Below, in pieces: positions 13,381 through 26,984 of a stretch of 64,000 nt of DNA. Source of the stretch: Camelus dromedarius. Lineage: Eukaryota. The notes under the pieces were generated by a model, which was not told the origin of the DNA, did no database searches, and was given only the letters and a program-made list of their open reading frames with translations. Position 1 is the first letter of the stretch. Each line of letters begins with the position of its first letter. A program made the translations under genes and the position numbers. The stretch spans positions 60,266,001-60,330,000 of the forward strand of contig NC_087436.1 in the NCBI RefSeq assembly GCF_036321535.1, written 5' to 3'.

Positions 13381-15310
13381 ACACTTCAACTCCAAAGCGA
13401 CAGTGAGTTAGGGCCAGCACACAGCCAAGGGGAAGGACGCTCCAGGAGGTCCTGGCATCGGCTATCCCCCCACTACTTAATGTCAGTGTCCCCAGGCAGA
13501 AAATGAAAGAACTGGGCTGTGAAATGACCATGACTTAAATATTTTTGTTTCATATGTAAATATATGTCACGGAGAACATTCATTCCTCTTTTTAAATATT
13601 AATATTTTAATTTAAACTATCATTTTATACTATTTGTTTCCCTTTTTCTTTTCTTTTCTTTCTTTCTTTCTTTTTTTTTTTTTTTTGAGAGAGAGAGTCT
13701 AAAGCTAGTACTCTGGAATCTCCCTGAATTTCAGAAATATTATAGAAACTGAAATTTGATGAGCCACCAGAAAATCATATTTATAGAGAGGAAACAAATT
13801 CAAAATATAAAATCACTTTCTGTTAAGAAAGTGTCATTTTTTGAGTACAGGAAAAAGTCTTTGTTTTGTTTCTTAACACAGCAGTTATGAATAATCACCA
13901 TCCTCATGTATCATCCATCTGCCTCCCTGCCCTGCTGCAACTCAGATTGTGACTGGGACTAGATGTCATTCTGAATAAAATAAAACCCACAAACATGCCA
14001 AGGTGCCTGGAAAAATTTTCTCTTAATTAAAAAACCTGTAGGAGAAATACACCTGGTAGCTGTTGCTTTCAGGGAAAACCTACTTATTATTTTAGTGAAT
14101 TCTTGGATGTATCTGAAGAAGGCACCCGTAGGCAGCCATGGGTTGAACTTCTGGGATCCTCTTAATTGGAAGAATGAGGGAAATATTTTTAGAGAGATAA
14201 AATTTGGAAGGAAATAGTTTGCTCTTCGTCTAAGGAGAAATTCTAAATAAGGTTGCAGGGAGAAATAATAGAGTTTTATTTTTTTGGTTTTAATCTAACT
14301 TTTTACTGAGATCACATGTACTCAAGGATCAGAGGGAATGCCACAAAACATTTTCTTGGGTGCCATCAAACTATGTATGAACACTGAAATTGATTCTTTA
14401 AAATATATATATAAAAGGTGCACCTGTTTCCCCTGCCATCCAAATCCCACCTTTCAAATCATCATCTGTCTATTGTCAGATATTTCCCTTTATTATGACA
14501 ACTAACAGCAACAACCCACATTTTCTTTCATACTGTAACATGAATCACTGTGCTCTAAGTTTTTGGTAAGAAAAGATGCATCTATATTCTTTTTCCACAT
14601 CTCCTATTTGAACTGGCTTGCTTTTCTTTTGGTGGCTTCTAGCTGTCTTAATACAAATTCTGGCAAACGAGAACAGTTGAGCGCTATCCCAGCTGGCTTT
14701 CTAATCAGGTGTGTGTAAATATGAAGGCCATTCATCCGTAACAGACAGGTTACTTTTGCATTCTGTTTATGAGGGCAAGTCCAGCTTATTTCAGATTCTT
14801 GCTTCAGGAATTTAGAGTACTTTTAGAGCACAAAAGCAGCTTTAATACCCTCCCTTGGAAGACAGCTTTGGTTAGACCATCTTGCCCATAGCAGTGATAC
14901 TGAATAATCTCCATGATTTATCTCTACCATTCACTTAAGAACAGGACGTATTGGTTTTATGTCAATATTTGCTTCTGTGAAATAATTATTTTGTAGCCTA
15001 ACTCCTTCAGAATCTTATCTTTAGTATTCATAAAAGCTACTAGTAGTGATGTTCATTTCCTGACACTCCATAAAATCTATAAATCATTTCTGGCACCTCT
15101 TCACCTGCAAATTAATGCCTTTTTTCTTCACATGGATTTAGATCAATAGCAATATAGAGAAAGCAACTCTCCAATCTAAATACTTTGTGTTTGTGATGCA
15201 CAATTAACCTGTAAATTACATGAGATTTGAGAAGAAAGACAAGATATTTGCCAATTTTCCCCATCAGTAATAAAATCAGCCTTCTTCATATATCACTACA
15301 AACAAACCAG

Positions 15311-15346
15311 TCATTTCATGAATCATTTCATGTATCATTTCATGAA
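15311..15346. repeat. 12-bp tandem repeat x3 (TCATTTCATGAA)
   Basis: tcatttcatgaa / tcatttcatgta / tcatttcatgaa. Confidence 0.9.
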
Positions 15347-15641
15347 TGTCATAAAAAATTTTTTTCAAGTTTAAAGTGAGCAGAAAGTCCATCTTTTTAA
15401 TTTGGGAGAGCAGTGACAATATTTGGCACATCTTTATTAGTGTTTTAAATAGTTTTAATAGCAGTTCTGCATAAAATAAAAAATATATATTTATCTAAGT
15501 CTCAGTAAGTCTCCCCCATTTCAATTTCTTCTATTTTACCTAATAAAGTAAAAATAAAGATAAATAATAATTATATTACAGAAGCTAATAGAACATTGTT
15601 CCAGTTTTTATTTACTGTTTCCTTGCTGTAAAAACAGGCTG

Positions 15642-16747
15642 GCAATGGTTTCTTGGATATAACACCAAAGGCACAGGCAACAAAAGAATGAATAGATAGA
15701 TTGGACCTCATCAAAATTAAAACATCTGTGCATCAAAGAATACTACTATCAAGAGGGTGAGAGGACAACCCACAGCCAATCACATAGCTGATAAAAGGTT
15801 AATATCCAGAATATATAAAGAATACCTTCAACTTAACAACCAAAAACCCCAAACAACTCAATTCAAAAATAGGCAAAGGATTTGAATAGACATTTCTCCA
15901 AAGAAGACACGCAAATGACAAATAAGCACATGAAAAGGTACTTACCAAAGTTAATCATTAGGGAAATGCAAACTGAAACCTTAACAAGATACCACTTTAC
16001 ACCCATTAGGATGGCTATAATTAAAAACAAGCAAACAAAACCCAAAAAATAACAAGTCTTGATGAGGATGTGGGGAAATCAGAACCTCATGCATTGCTGG
16101 TGGGAATATAAAATGGTGCAGCCATGACGGAAAACAGCATAGTGATTTTCTCCAAAAATTAAACATAGAGTTGCCACATAATTCAGCAATTCCACTTCTG
16201 AATGTATACACACCCCACAAAATGAAAATCATGGACTTAACAAATATTTGTATATCAATATTCATAGCAGCATTATTCACAATAGCCAAAAGGTGGAAAC
16301 AACCCAAATGTCTGTCAACAGATGAATGCAGTTCTTAAAAAAAAGTGGTATGTACATACAATGGAATAGTATTCAGACTTAAAAAGAAATTCTGACACTA
16401 GCTACAATGTGGATGAACAATGAAAACTATGCCAAGTAAAATAAGCCAAACACAAAAGAATTATTCCACTATTTTAGGTATCTAGAATGGGCAAATTCAT
16501 AAGCACAGAAAGTAGAATAGGGGTAACCAGGAACTAGGGGAGGAAAGAATGGGGAGTTATTGTTTAATGCATATAGTATTTCTATTTGGGATGATGAAAA
16601 AGTCCTGAAAATGGATAGTGGTGATGGTTGTACAACATGTGAATATACTTAATGTCACTAAATTGCACGTATTTAAATGGTTAAAATGGTAAATTTTATG
16701 TTACGTATATTTTATCACACTTTTTAAAAATCGGACAAATTTGAAAC
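15642..16747 (+). mobile_element. 5'-truncated L1 (L1MB-type ORF2 end + 3' UTR)
   Basis: ORF2 3' motifs ('aacaccaaaggcacaggcaacaaaagaa', 'ttcatagcagcattattcacaatagccaaaaggtggaaacaacccaaatgtc') and L1MB 3' UTR 'gatagtggtgatggttgtacaac'. Possible degenerate TSD AAAACAGGCTG / AAAGTAGGCTG. Confidence 0.9.
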
Positions 16748-17479
16748 AAAGTAGGCTGAACAGTACTTTGAGCTAGTATTTTCAGCTGCCTGCTTAAGAT
16801 AGTTTTCATTTTAGAAAGTGAGGTGAGTTGAACTATCTCAGTTTGAGGAATTAATCTTCTTCTGTGTACATCTATAGTTCCTGTGTATTTTCCTGATTTT
16901 TAGTCCTTGTTTGGTTTTGACCCTGGACTACTGCCCAGGTACTTCCTTTTGCATTTTCAAAGCTCTTATTGTCATGGGAACAATCTCTTCTCTTTGGCTT
17001 TCATCTTAGATGTCAATCCTATTCCATAAGCTTACTGATCTTGTGACATGCTCTCTAGTTTTTCACAATATACAGCCTGATGTTGATAAATCCAATATTA
17101 CCACCACACGACATGACCTCAACTGTTCAATGTTTGGATTCATAGAATTTATGTTCATATATATGTCGGTTAAAGGGCAAAGTAAACATAGAAAGCAAGC
17201 CATGGACATAACACTTAGCTATTGTTTCCTCGGTGGATTCATGTGATCTATATCAAAATTGGTAACTAACTTAAATATTCCTGTGAGATTTTAATGAATG
17301 AGACTCTAGTGCACCCCAAAGCACTCAGACTATTTCTCATTATTGCTCTCTCCCTGATATGATCTGTTCAATTTTTTTATTCTCTCATGAGACCCAGGGT
17401 TAGAGACTATATGTTATTCATCTTTATATCTCCAATGCTTAGCAAGGTGCTCACTAACTCTTGATTGAACTATACCATC

Positions 17480-17680
17480 TAATAAGATAATAATAATATT
17501 TTCTGTTTCATACATTTTCACATGCATTATTTGTTTTAACCCTTAAAAAAACTTTGAAAGTTAGGCATTATTATTATTAATTTACAAATGAGAAAATGGG
17601 AGCTTGGATAGTTTTGACATCTTAAAGGTAAACAAGCATCTGAATGGTAGAACCAAACTGCTAATGTCTCTTGATTTAAG
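17480..17680 (-). mobile_element. MIR SINE fragment
   Basis: 'ctttgaaagttaggcattattattattaatttacaaatgagaaaatgggagcttgga' is an antisense MIR core. Confidence 0.65.
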
Positions 17681-20544
17681 AGGTGATGTATGTTCAGTGG
17701 CATCACATTTGCCTCCCTGATTATCATTCAAATAACACTGTTAAGGGAGAACATGTCATCCATATTCCTCATGTGTCTTTCCACACAGAGGAAACTGAAT
17801 TCATTCTGCCTCAAAGGAGAGTGTGATCCACCTGACCGGTCAATTTGAGAAAACAAAAATTAAGCATTGTTTGCTTAAATTAGCTTATCTCTTTTTTCTT
17901 CTGGGAGCCAGATGCCTGCAGATAGCACATATTCTCCTCAGTACTTCAACCCATAAGTCTTACCCAGAATGAAGTGCTTAGGTCTGTTTAAAGTCTAGTT
18001 GTATCCGATCTTAGATGTTCATCTCATTCACCTCTTATGCTGAGTACATTCTCCAACATAGTAGTAAAGTAATAAATGCAGTAATAAACTTGATACTTTG
18101 TTCCCCATCTGCCTTCCTCTTTCTTGTCAATTTGTTCATATTCCATGCAAGTTGTTATTAGACCTCCCATAAAGGTCCAAACAACCTTCGTGAATAACTC
18201 AGGCCATTGGAAGTGTAGTGCAGGAGTATGCGCAAACATGTGCAGCACTCCATCACCGGACAGACGTTAAGTGGATACTCAAAAATGCCACTAGGTAACC
18301 AGGCGACTTATATTTTTTCTAATAGAACTGAGAGATACTGGCCATCTTACAAATGACATTTAGAATATGGGCATTAAGGTCAAGGAGAAGGTAGTATACT
18401 TTCTTGCCAATTAATGGATTCCAGGTACATAAAAAAAATTGTATCAGATCTTAGATGTTCATCATATCTGATCCAAACATTTTTTACTGTTTAAATGAAA
18501 AGGAGATTCTTCTGACATATTTTTATATGAAAATTACATAGAAAACAATCTAAATGATGATTGGTATGTCTTCCCAAAAAACTAGTAGGACACATGAATA
18601 AACAAAGTTCATTTAACAAATAAGTATTAGACACTAAATTATTTATCTAATTTTATAAAATACTGCTAGTTTAAATGTATTTGTTTTCTGCTAAGAATGT
18701 AAAAATGTAGATACTTCAATTTATTTACACTGACAAATTTCTTAAATTATCATCTTAATTCAAAAATTCCATTGTATCTGAATTACTCAATATATTTAAT
18801 CTTGAACTCAGTGAGCTGGAACTAATTTTTCAGCACCAGGTTCTTCGTTTGTTTATTATGCTTGACATATAGCAATCAAAGGAGCTAATTTAGAAACCCT
18901 GTCAACTGAATGAAACCTTGCCAGGGACTTAATACTCCTCATACTAAAGTTTAGTGCAGGTGACAATACATTTAAGCAAACATTGCCGTATACCAATATG
19001 AAATCTAAAGACTTTTTGTTGTTGTTGTTTTCTGTTTTACTTTAATTATCAGCTTGGACTCCAGAGAAGTTAAGAGCTTTCCACATATATAATGTAATTT
19101 CTAAATCAGGGTTTCAAAAATTTTAAATTAACACATTAATTGAATTTACTTACTGCAGGACTGCTCTGAGTGGGTAGTCATTTTCTAAAAAGAGATAATT
19201 GGGGAGGTTCCCCCAAACTTTTTTGACCAAATATCGGGAGGACAAAGTTTGACAAAACTTATTTTAGAAACTATTATTCCAAATCATCAAGGAGTAAGAA
19301 GTATTGACATGTAAGCCAAATTTGCTTAACAATCTCAAGTGAAGCAGTGATTAGAAGCTAAGTGTTTAAACTTGGATTGTGTACACTTAATTAATGTCAT
19401 TATATTATCATGATATATGTTACCTGTAATTGGAAGGTTCTGATGATTTCTTAGAGAATCTCAGCCACCTTCTTAATTCCAGTTTTCATATAGCCAAACC
19501 ACAATCAGGTAGAGATATCATGGCTTAAAATAAAAGAATAAATAATGTAATAAGAAAATTTCATTAAGGAACAAACTGATGGCAAAAAGCATGCTGACCA
19601 AAGACTGCACCTCTAATTCAATGTAATATGAAAGCAATTTGCCCTAGAAACTTTTACCACTGATTTAACTTAATTTCTTCAGACAGAAATCTATGCTACT
19701 TTATAAAATATTTTCTCTTACAAAATGTAAAAAACAACAGACTAAAAATGTAACTACCATTTAAACATTTTACAGATTTTCTCAATACAGTTTTTAGCTA
19801 TTGTAGTGGAGAGAAATATTTTTTAAAGATTGGTTTGTTAAACTGGCTTTTTGTGCTTGGTTGCTTGTCCATAAATCTATTTGCAGACTAGGGGGGAAAA
19901 AAAGCTATTCATTTTATTAACTATGTGATATATTTTTCCCTAAAATGATTAAAATCAGATAAGTTTTAAATAATACTAAAACCAAAGTTAAATTCCTTTT
20001 CTATTCATTTTAATTTTTTAAAAATTTCTAATGTGTAAATAGAAATAACTATGTAATAAATATGCTTTGTGTTTCTAAAAAAGAAGCTAATAAAGTATTT
20101 TCAAATAACTTTCTACTTGTTCTAAATAAAACAGTATTTCTGGGAAATGACCTAAAAACTTTAAAATGTTACAACTTCTATTAAGTGAAAAAATCTGGAG
20201 TAGAAAATTGATTTTCTTCTAGTTCTCACACAAATGAAAATGAAAAATTATACACATCTTAAGATAGCCTTACAGTCTATGTTCTCTCATGGAATTAGAG
20301 GACAAATAGGGAAAAAAGGCACCATTATGACTAAAAAATGCTTATACAAAAATAATATACTTGACTAATATTTTTATCAGATATATGAATATGCGATAAC
20401 AAAAACAAACAAGTAAAAACACAGAATTCCTCTTAGGGAATTTCACACTTTAAAGTAATTAAATAAATTTTTAAAGTAGGTGTGAGCTCCTTAAATATAA
20501 AGTCAAAGATCTAATAGTTCTCTAAATGTAACTAAGGATAATCA

Positions 20545-20830
20545 TTCAGAGCAGTCTCTGAGACAAATACTTCTAGTTGCCAACCCTGGCTCTGCTACCA
20601 TGGATCAGTGTGACCTTAGGCAAGTTATTAACCTGTCTGAGCCCCAGTTATTCCATTTAATAAATTTAGCATAAAAATATTTATACTCTTTCTTCAGATG
20701 TTACTGTAAGGATTTAATGAGATAATAATAATAAATATCAATCATGCACTTAATTTGTACTTATATCTGCCAGCAATTATCTAAGATATAATAGGTATAA
20801 AGTATTTAGCAGACTGGCATATATTCAATA
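20545..20830 (+). mobile_element. MIR SINE fragment
   Basis: 'ccctggctctgctaccatggatcagtgtgaccttaggcaagttattaacctgtctgagccccagtt'. Confidence 0.8.
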
Positions 20831-20959
20831 AATAAAAGCAAATTTGTCAAATAAATATAATTTTGTATACAATAAGAATTATACTTTTTCAATAGTGAAA
20901 ATTTTGAATAAGATAAATATTATGTATTGCTATAATTTAAGATACGGCTTAATTTTAGT

Positions 20960-21522
20960 TCAATAATTACACATCTGACTATATACCCAAAAGAATTAAA
21001 AACAAGTACTCAGACATTTGTACATTGTTGTTCATAATGGTATTAATTCAAAACAGTCAAAAGATGGAAACTACCCAGATGTCCACCAACAGATGAATGG
21101 ATAATCAAAGTGTGAAAAACATATACACATATACATATATAATGGAATATTATTCAGCCTTAAAAAGGAATGAAATTCTGACACACGCTACAAGATAGAC
21201 AAACCTTGAAAACATTGTGTTAAATGAAATAAGCCAAACACAGAAGAACAAATATTGCATGTTTCCACTTACATTGACTATGTAGTATTGGCAAATCATA
21301 CAGACAGTAAGCAGAATGGTTGCCAGGGGCTAAAGGAGAAGGAATGGGGAGTTATTATTTAATGGGCACAAAAATTCTCTTTGGGATTATGAAAAAGTTC
21401 TGGAAATGGATATGGTGATAGTTACACAACATTGTGAATGTATTTAATGCCACTGAATCATACACTTAGAAATGTTTAACAAGGTAAGTTTTATGCTATG
21501 CATAATTTACCACAATTTTAAA
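20960..21522 (+). mobile_element. 5'-truncated L1 (L1MB-type 3' end)
   Basis: 'tatacccaaaagaattaaaaacaagtactcagac...aatggaatattattcagccttaaaaaggaatgaaattctg...gtgaatgtatttaatgccactgaa...taccacaatttta'. Confidence 0.9.
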
Positions 21523-21684
21523 AAGTGTAAAACAAAACATGATTAGAAGAACAAAATCCCAAGGGTGGCAAACTGTTCAGAGATAACGTTTTCAAGGTAG
21601 CTTTATACTTATTCTCTACTTAAGATTTTGAGCACCTGATGTATTTCTGGCACCAACATGTCCCTGCAGGTGGATAATGGAAGA

Positions 21685-22095
21685 TTCAGGAGGTTGTGAT
21701 GTATGACACAGAGATTCATCTTTGGAGATGAAAGTTTTCCTAAGTTGCTGGGAGTGTTGTGGACTGACAGTTCTCAGTTCTCAGCCCTCTCAGGGAATTA
21801 CCTTTGGCTGGAGAGCTACCTTTTCCAAGGTCAAATCCCATTCCCAAGAAAAGCCTTCACCCAATGGACAGATGAAGGGGGAGTAGAAAAGGCCTGTCTC
21901 CTTTCCATAATGTGGGACAACTTGAAAGGGTTACTGTCAGAGCTCCACATAGGATCAGCTGAGGTCTTTATTGAAACTGCAGTGTAGCCTAACTTCTCCC
22001 TCTGCTCAGTCTTTCTTCATTATCTGCCCTCCCATAGATATTCAAGTCAAGCATTCCCTACTAAACTTCTAATGTGCTCATTTCCATCTCAGAGT
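21685..22095 (+). mobile_element. ERVL LTR (LTR16-like)
   Basis: Ends 'cattccctactaaacttctaatgtgctcatttccatctcagagt', typical of LTR16. Directly abuts ERVL internal sequence. Confidence 0.7.
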
Positions 22096-22099
22096 AACT

Positions 22100-23680
22100 A
22101 TACACTGAGGACAAGAGAATACCTAAACACTCCCAAGTCATTGGTATAAGATCCTTGTTGACATTGGATCCTGGGGAACTAAAGGAGCCCCCTGTTGAAG
22201 AAGGGGCATATAGGGCCAGGTGTTAAATGCAGCCTTGGCCAAGGTCTAGCCTACAATGGTCCACTTAGTTCATTAACCGACTCAGTAATGTCCACATTTC
22301 CCAGTTTTATGCTTGAAATGGACATATTCAGTAATCAGTATAGCCTCTGTATTGTTTCCCTTGCCTGAATCCTGTAGTCATGTGGAAAGTCAAGTGGGAC
22401 CCCTGAAACTGCTCTCCCAGCCAAGACTGTAAATTAAAACCAGTACCACACTGCGGGCGAGATGGCAGAGATTAGTACCCCTGGAGAAGGCAGAGCTTGT
22501 GGTCCCAGCCTATCTCCATTTAAATCACAAGTCTGGCGCCTACAAAATCGAGATGTTTCCTGGATACTAACAGTCAAACTCAATCAAGCAGTAGCCCTCA
22601 TTGCAGTCACTATGCTAGATGTGCTAGCTTTACTGGCACAGATAAACATAGCCTCAGGTACAAAGCCTTTGATCTGGAAAATGTGTTCTTTTTTTACCCT
22701 TTTCAGAAAAGAGGAGCAGAAACAATTAGCATTCACTTGGAAGTGACAATAGTATCCATCTGCAGTCTTGCCCCAGGGTTATAATAACACTTTCTTCCTC
22801 TGTCAAAGAAATCTGAATGGGCTGCACATCCTGAAGAACACCCTGCTGGCACATGATACGGATAACATCATGCTAATAGAACCAAAAACAAGAAATGACA
22901 ACTATGTTGGAGGCTTTAGTGAGACAAATGTGTTTCAGAGGGTGAGAGGTAAATGAAGTTTCAGGGGTCTGCTGTATTTCTGAAATTTCTAAAAGTCCTG
23001 TCACCTCAGGAATCTGGGCCAATGTCTTTGAAGAAAAAAGTAAATTATTGCCCCTCACAGCTTCCACACATAGAAGGAAGCACAATACCTAGTAAGCTTC
23101 TTTCAGTTTTGAAGGCAACATATGCCACAGCTGAGAATATCACTCTGGTCCCTATACTTCGTGACATGAAGAGCTGCCATCTGTCATTAGAGCACAGAAC
23201 GGGACGGGAGTCCTGCCCAGACCCAGGCTGGAGTGAAGGGACAACTGCTGCTCAGGACACGTGGTCCTCAGACTCTGAGATACTGTAGGTATCTGGAGTG
23301 AGAAAAGATGATGTATGGGGTTTATGGTAAGCCCAGGAGAATGGTGATTATGGCCCCCTACCATTCTGGAGCCACCTCAGAGGAGAATACGGCTGAAAAA
23401 CAGTTGCTGGATCCTGGTAAAGATAGAGTGCCTGACCAGGGGTCTTTAAGGGACTTTGCAGTCAGAACTGACCAACATGATCTGGTTCTGTCAGGTCCAC
23501 CAATCCCACAAAGGGTAATTGACTTGGATCATGGGAAGACATGGCTGTGGTTACAATGGGGTTATAAGGAGGATCCCTTTGACGATTCTTGGTTAATAAG
23601 ACAGTTCTTCAGTTCTAGTGGTTCAGGAGCCATTGTGGGTGGTCCCCAGGATGTTAAATGATAAGACGCCTTCTCAACAA
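22100..23680 (+). mobile_element. Decayed ERVL internal region (protease, RT, RNase H-like, dUTPase remnants)
   Basis: ORF fragments SPFKSQVWRLQNRDVSWILTVKLNQAV...KEEQKQLAFTWK, LPQGYNN and LAHDTDNIMLI (ERVL RT: SPFNSPIWPVQK...KLNQVV, LPQGY, HYIDDIMLI). Also EKQLL and RVIDLDHG (dUTPase GVIDPDY). Many stops and frameshifts. Confidence 0.85.
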
Positions 23681-23849
23681 CTGATCTGCTTAATTCATAG
23701 CAGAGCATTCTTTTGACTGATTAGAATTTACAAATAATAAACACTCCACTTAAAAGGCTATCACCTTTAAGCATTCTGATAGTTGGTGACAAAGTACAGA
23801 CTCAAAAATCTGATTTTTCTGTGTTCTAAATGTCAAAATTAGATTACTA

Positions 23850-24050
23850 TTTCTATTGTTGTTCTTAGTTACTGCTTAAATTCCAAGCACTATTCTAGGC
23901 ATTATATGTGCAATAGCTCTAACCTCAAAATAAGCTAGCAAGATAGATATCATTAACTCTAGTTAACATTCATAAATATTGAATCTCAAAGAGTTTAAGC
24001 ATTTACACATAATTATCCAACTTGTAAGTGGCAGAGCAAGTTGGAACATA
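23850..24050 (-). mobile_element. MIR SINE fragment
   Basis: 'ttccaagcactattctaggcattatatg...aatctcaaagagtttaagc...cttgtaagtggcagagc'. Confidence 0.65.
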
Positions 24051-24159
24051 ATTCTACAAATTATAAAATTCTCTGAAATTTTCATCTCTTCTTAAAATAA
24101 AAATTTGCCCTAGCTAAGAATAGCTGTGAAATGTTTCCATAAAAGTATAAAATTTACTT

Positions 24160-24810
24160 AGACTAACCAGACTGGCAGTTATGGTATAGTATTAGAAGTA
24201 GTGAAAGCAGAACCCAGATTGTAGAAAGCTAGAATAAAATGAAAGGTAATGAAGTAGCTACAGGAGAGCAGAAAACTCTCAAGAAGCTTGGTTTTATAGA
24301 GCTCATACGGTAGCCAGAGAGACATCTGGATCCAAGAAAGCTATTTGTAGTTATGTGTGCATTTTGTTTTGTCTTTTTGTAAGATAGGAAGAGTGGACCA
24401 TGCCTGTATGCTGATTCAGAGGATTCCCAGAAAGGAAGAGATTGAAATATAAAGAAAATAAAAGGAATGATTGATGAAGGAGATGGAAAAGGATGGGATG
24501 TAGCTTATCTCTGATACAGAGTTACACTTTCTCATCGCAGTGTCCTTGTAGTGAGGTCTCTAGACCAGCAGCATTAGAATCACTTGGGAATATTAGCTAC
24601 ACAAATGATCAAGACCGATCCAAGACTTACTGAATCAGAAACTCTGTGATGGAACCCAGAAATCCAAGGTTTAATAAGCTCTTCAGGTGATTCCAATACA
24701 CAGTGCTCTGTAACAAGAGATAAAAGTCAGGTGCAGAGGAAGGTGGATTTGCAGATCCATTAGCAGAAAGCTGACAGTTTCCATTTATTACATCTCTTGG
24801 TTCTCAGGCA
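24160..24810 (-). mobile_element. Old L2 fragment interrupted by MER5A
   Basis: 'gaaagcagaacccagattgtag...actctcaagaagcttgg...gtaagataggaagagtggaccatgcctgtatgctga' resembles antisense L2. Confidence 0.5.
24538..24705 (+). mobile_element. MER5A (hAT-Charlie DNA transposon)
   Basis: 'agaccagcagcattagaatcacttgggaa...ttactgaatcagaaactctg...aagctcttcaggtgattc'. Confidence 0.85.
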
Positions 24811-26984
24811 GCTTCTACTTTCAGGATCTCCTCTTTCTACAGCCATCCCCACCAAAAAGGTGAGGATTTCCATTGGTTCCTGGTGGAGAATTAAGACTGA
24901 AAAGATGTGAGCCAGTCATCGTGATCACTGGCTAACGAGCTCAACAACAGGTTACACAGGCATCAACCAGGTAAACAGAGACAGAGCAGAGCAGATCCCA
25001 GAAACCATGGTAGGTCTGAGCATCTTTTCCTTTTAACTGATGCTGACTTAGACAGAAGAGAGGAGATTGTTTGAGGGACCAAAAGTCTGAGAAATCTTAT
25101 TAAAGGAGAGTAAACATTACATAAAGAGACTGTTAAATTTTACTCAAATTAAATTTAAAACCAATTGGACGAGTTTTCCTCCTATTACCCAGAAAACCAG
25201 GGCTTTTCAGTTCAGATTCGAAGTAGGCAAAATAAAGGGACAATGTGTTTACCTTTCTTTTAAATTCCAGTGTGTGTAAATCTCTGACACAACGTCATAT
25301 ATTTAAGCAAGTAACTTCTTAATAAATTAGAGGGGAAAAAAAGGAGATACAATATTCAAGTTAATATCCATTCTCACATTGATATTCTTAGCAAAATTAA
25401 CATGAATTAAAGTTTTCTGTGTATTAATGAACACAAAAATCTTGTAGAGGGTGAAAATAAATTTATTATTTTATTCTGTGACAGAAAGATAGGCATTATA
25501 AATGCAAAGAATAGAAACTGCCTGAATCAATGGAGGACATTAAACTTAAAAAATGAAATGGTCAAATGCTTTCTAAAGAAGAGAAATTGCATAAATATTA
25601 TATGTTCAACAAATTTGCTTATAACTAAAAAGCTTTATTTGTGTATTGTGATATTATGTGTATATAAATTCTCAGTGGGGAGAACCATATGGCTTCGTTA
25701 CGTACGTACATATCTATTATATACACATATGATATCCATATCACTTTAAATGGTTATGAGTCTTCAAACGTTTGTAATGCATGTTAACATGTGTGCAAGT
25801 TCTACACAGAGCTAAGCAAGAGTGTTAAAAGCAGGTTAATTCTGGGAAAATGCAATAGAACCTGCTATAGAAAGAAATGAATGAATACTAGATTGTACAA
25901 TTTAAGGGACTGCCTACTGCCTAAGAAAAATCTAGCATATTAAAACCAGAACCTAAAAAAAAAAAGATGCTTCTGTATCAGATCAGAGTATTTGTCTTTA
26001 AACATAAGCATATATTCTTTGGAATCATAGAAGTGGGAGAGTAGGCAACATTCCATGTACAACTTGATCACAATTTACTTTCTAAACCCTTCCTTCTCTT
26101 CAAATCAATTTGCTGCATTTGATTTTTTTAGCTTGGGTGAATTTATAATGCATTTATAATTGCATTTGTGATGTAATGGGTTGGGGGAATTCTGATAACA
26201 AAAAAATTATGCTATCTAAAGGAGACAATAAAATTATATGTTGGTAATGAGAACTGGATTGCTTATACCATTTTGTACCCTGCTGCAATCTTACATCAAG
26301 CCCCTTTGAGCCACACATGCAACTCCTATTACCACTAATTGCAGTTGCACTACACAGGCACATCAAAAGAAAAGGCACAGACCTCCTTTGTGCTGTGCGT
26401 TTTGTGATTCTGTTTATACTATATAATGAGATCCCATTCTACATTCACATTTTAGGTACTGGTTGTTCTTATTCCAATATTTACCCATTTCCAGTTTTCC
26501 TCCTTCATTCTTTGAAACTCTTGGGGGTGTTCAGATAGACGCATTAAAACGAAAAGAGCTAATTATATTTTTCAAGATATGATTCTTGATTCTAAAATGA
26601 AAAGAAAAATTCTCACGAGGATGTATGTCTTTTTTATCTTGAGGATTAGTGTAGTTAAAAGCACTATTGGAACCTGAGATCTATGAAGGAATTTCCTTAA
26701 TAACAAACATTTTCAGAAATTAGTTCATGATCTGTAGTCATATGGAGGTAGCTTTTTCTAGTTAAAAAATAATTATTTTAAATAAGTAATATGATGGTTC
26801 AAAATGAAGTCTCCTAGACTCTGTTGGGTGCTCTGCCCTAACGTCTCTGAAAAACCTCAGATTTTCAAAGTTTAATACTTTCTATCCTCTACCAACTTTT
26901 CAAGACCAAGGAGATACCCACACCAAGAGGTGGCAGAAGTCCATGCCACCTGCCCCCGCCCCTCTGCCACACTCCCTATCAGAG

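Noticed and set aside
13270..13531. ORFs with KEGR / FLPS repeats
   Set aside because: Translation of the GGAA microsatellite.
14643..14708. 66-nt AG...GT segment open in one frame (CLNTNSGKREQLSAIPAGFLI)
   Set aside because: Weak donor (gtgtgt) and unrecognised peptide; expected by chance.
15311..15346. Short direct repeats as a possible CRISPR-like array
   Set aside because: Head-to-tail 12-mers with no spacers, in mammalian DNA.
15863..16307. Hydrophobic minus-strand ORFs (also 45127-45318, 46590-46838)
   Set aside because: Antisense translations of L1 sequence.
24825..24859. Short exon candidate that would link 6666-6703 to 50496-50517 in frame
   Set aside because: Three competing acceptors at the edge of an L2 fragment. 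The in-frame chain was assembled post hoc and matches no protein I recognise.
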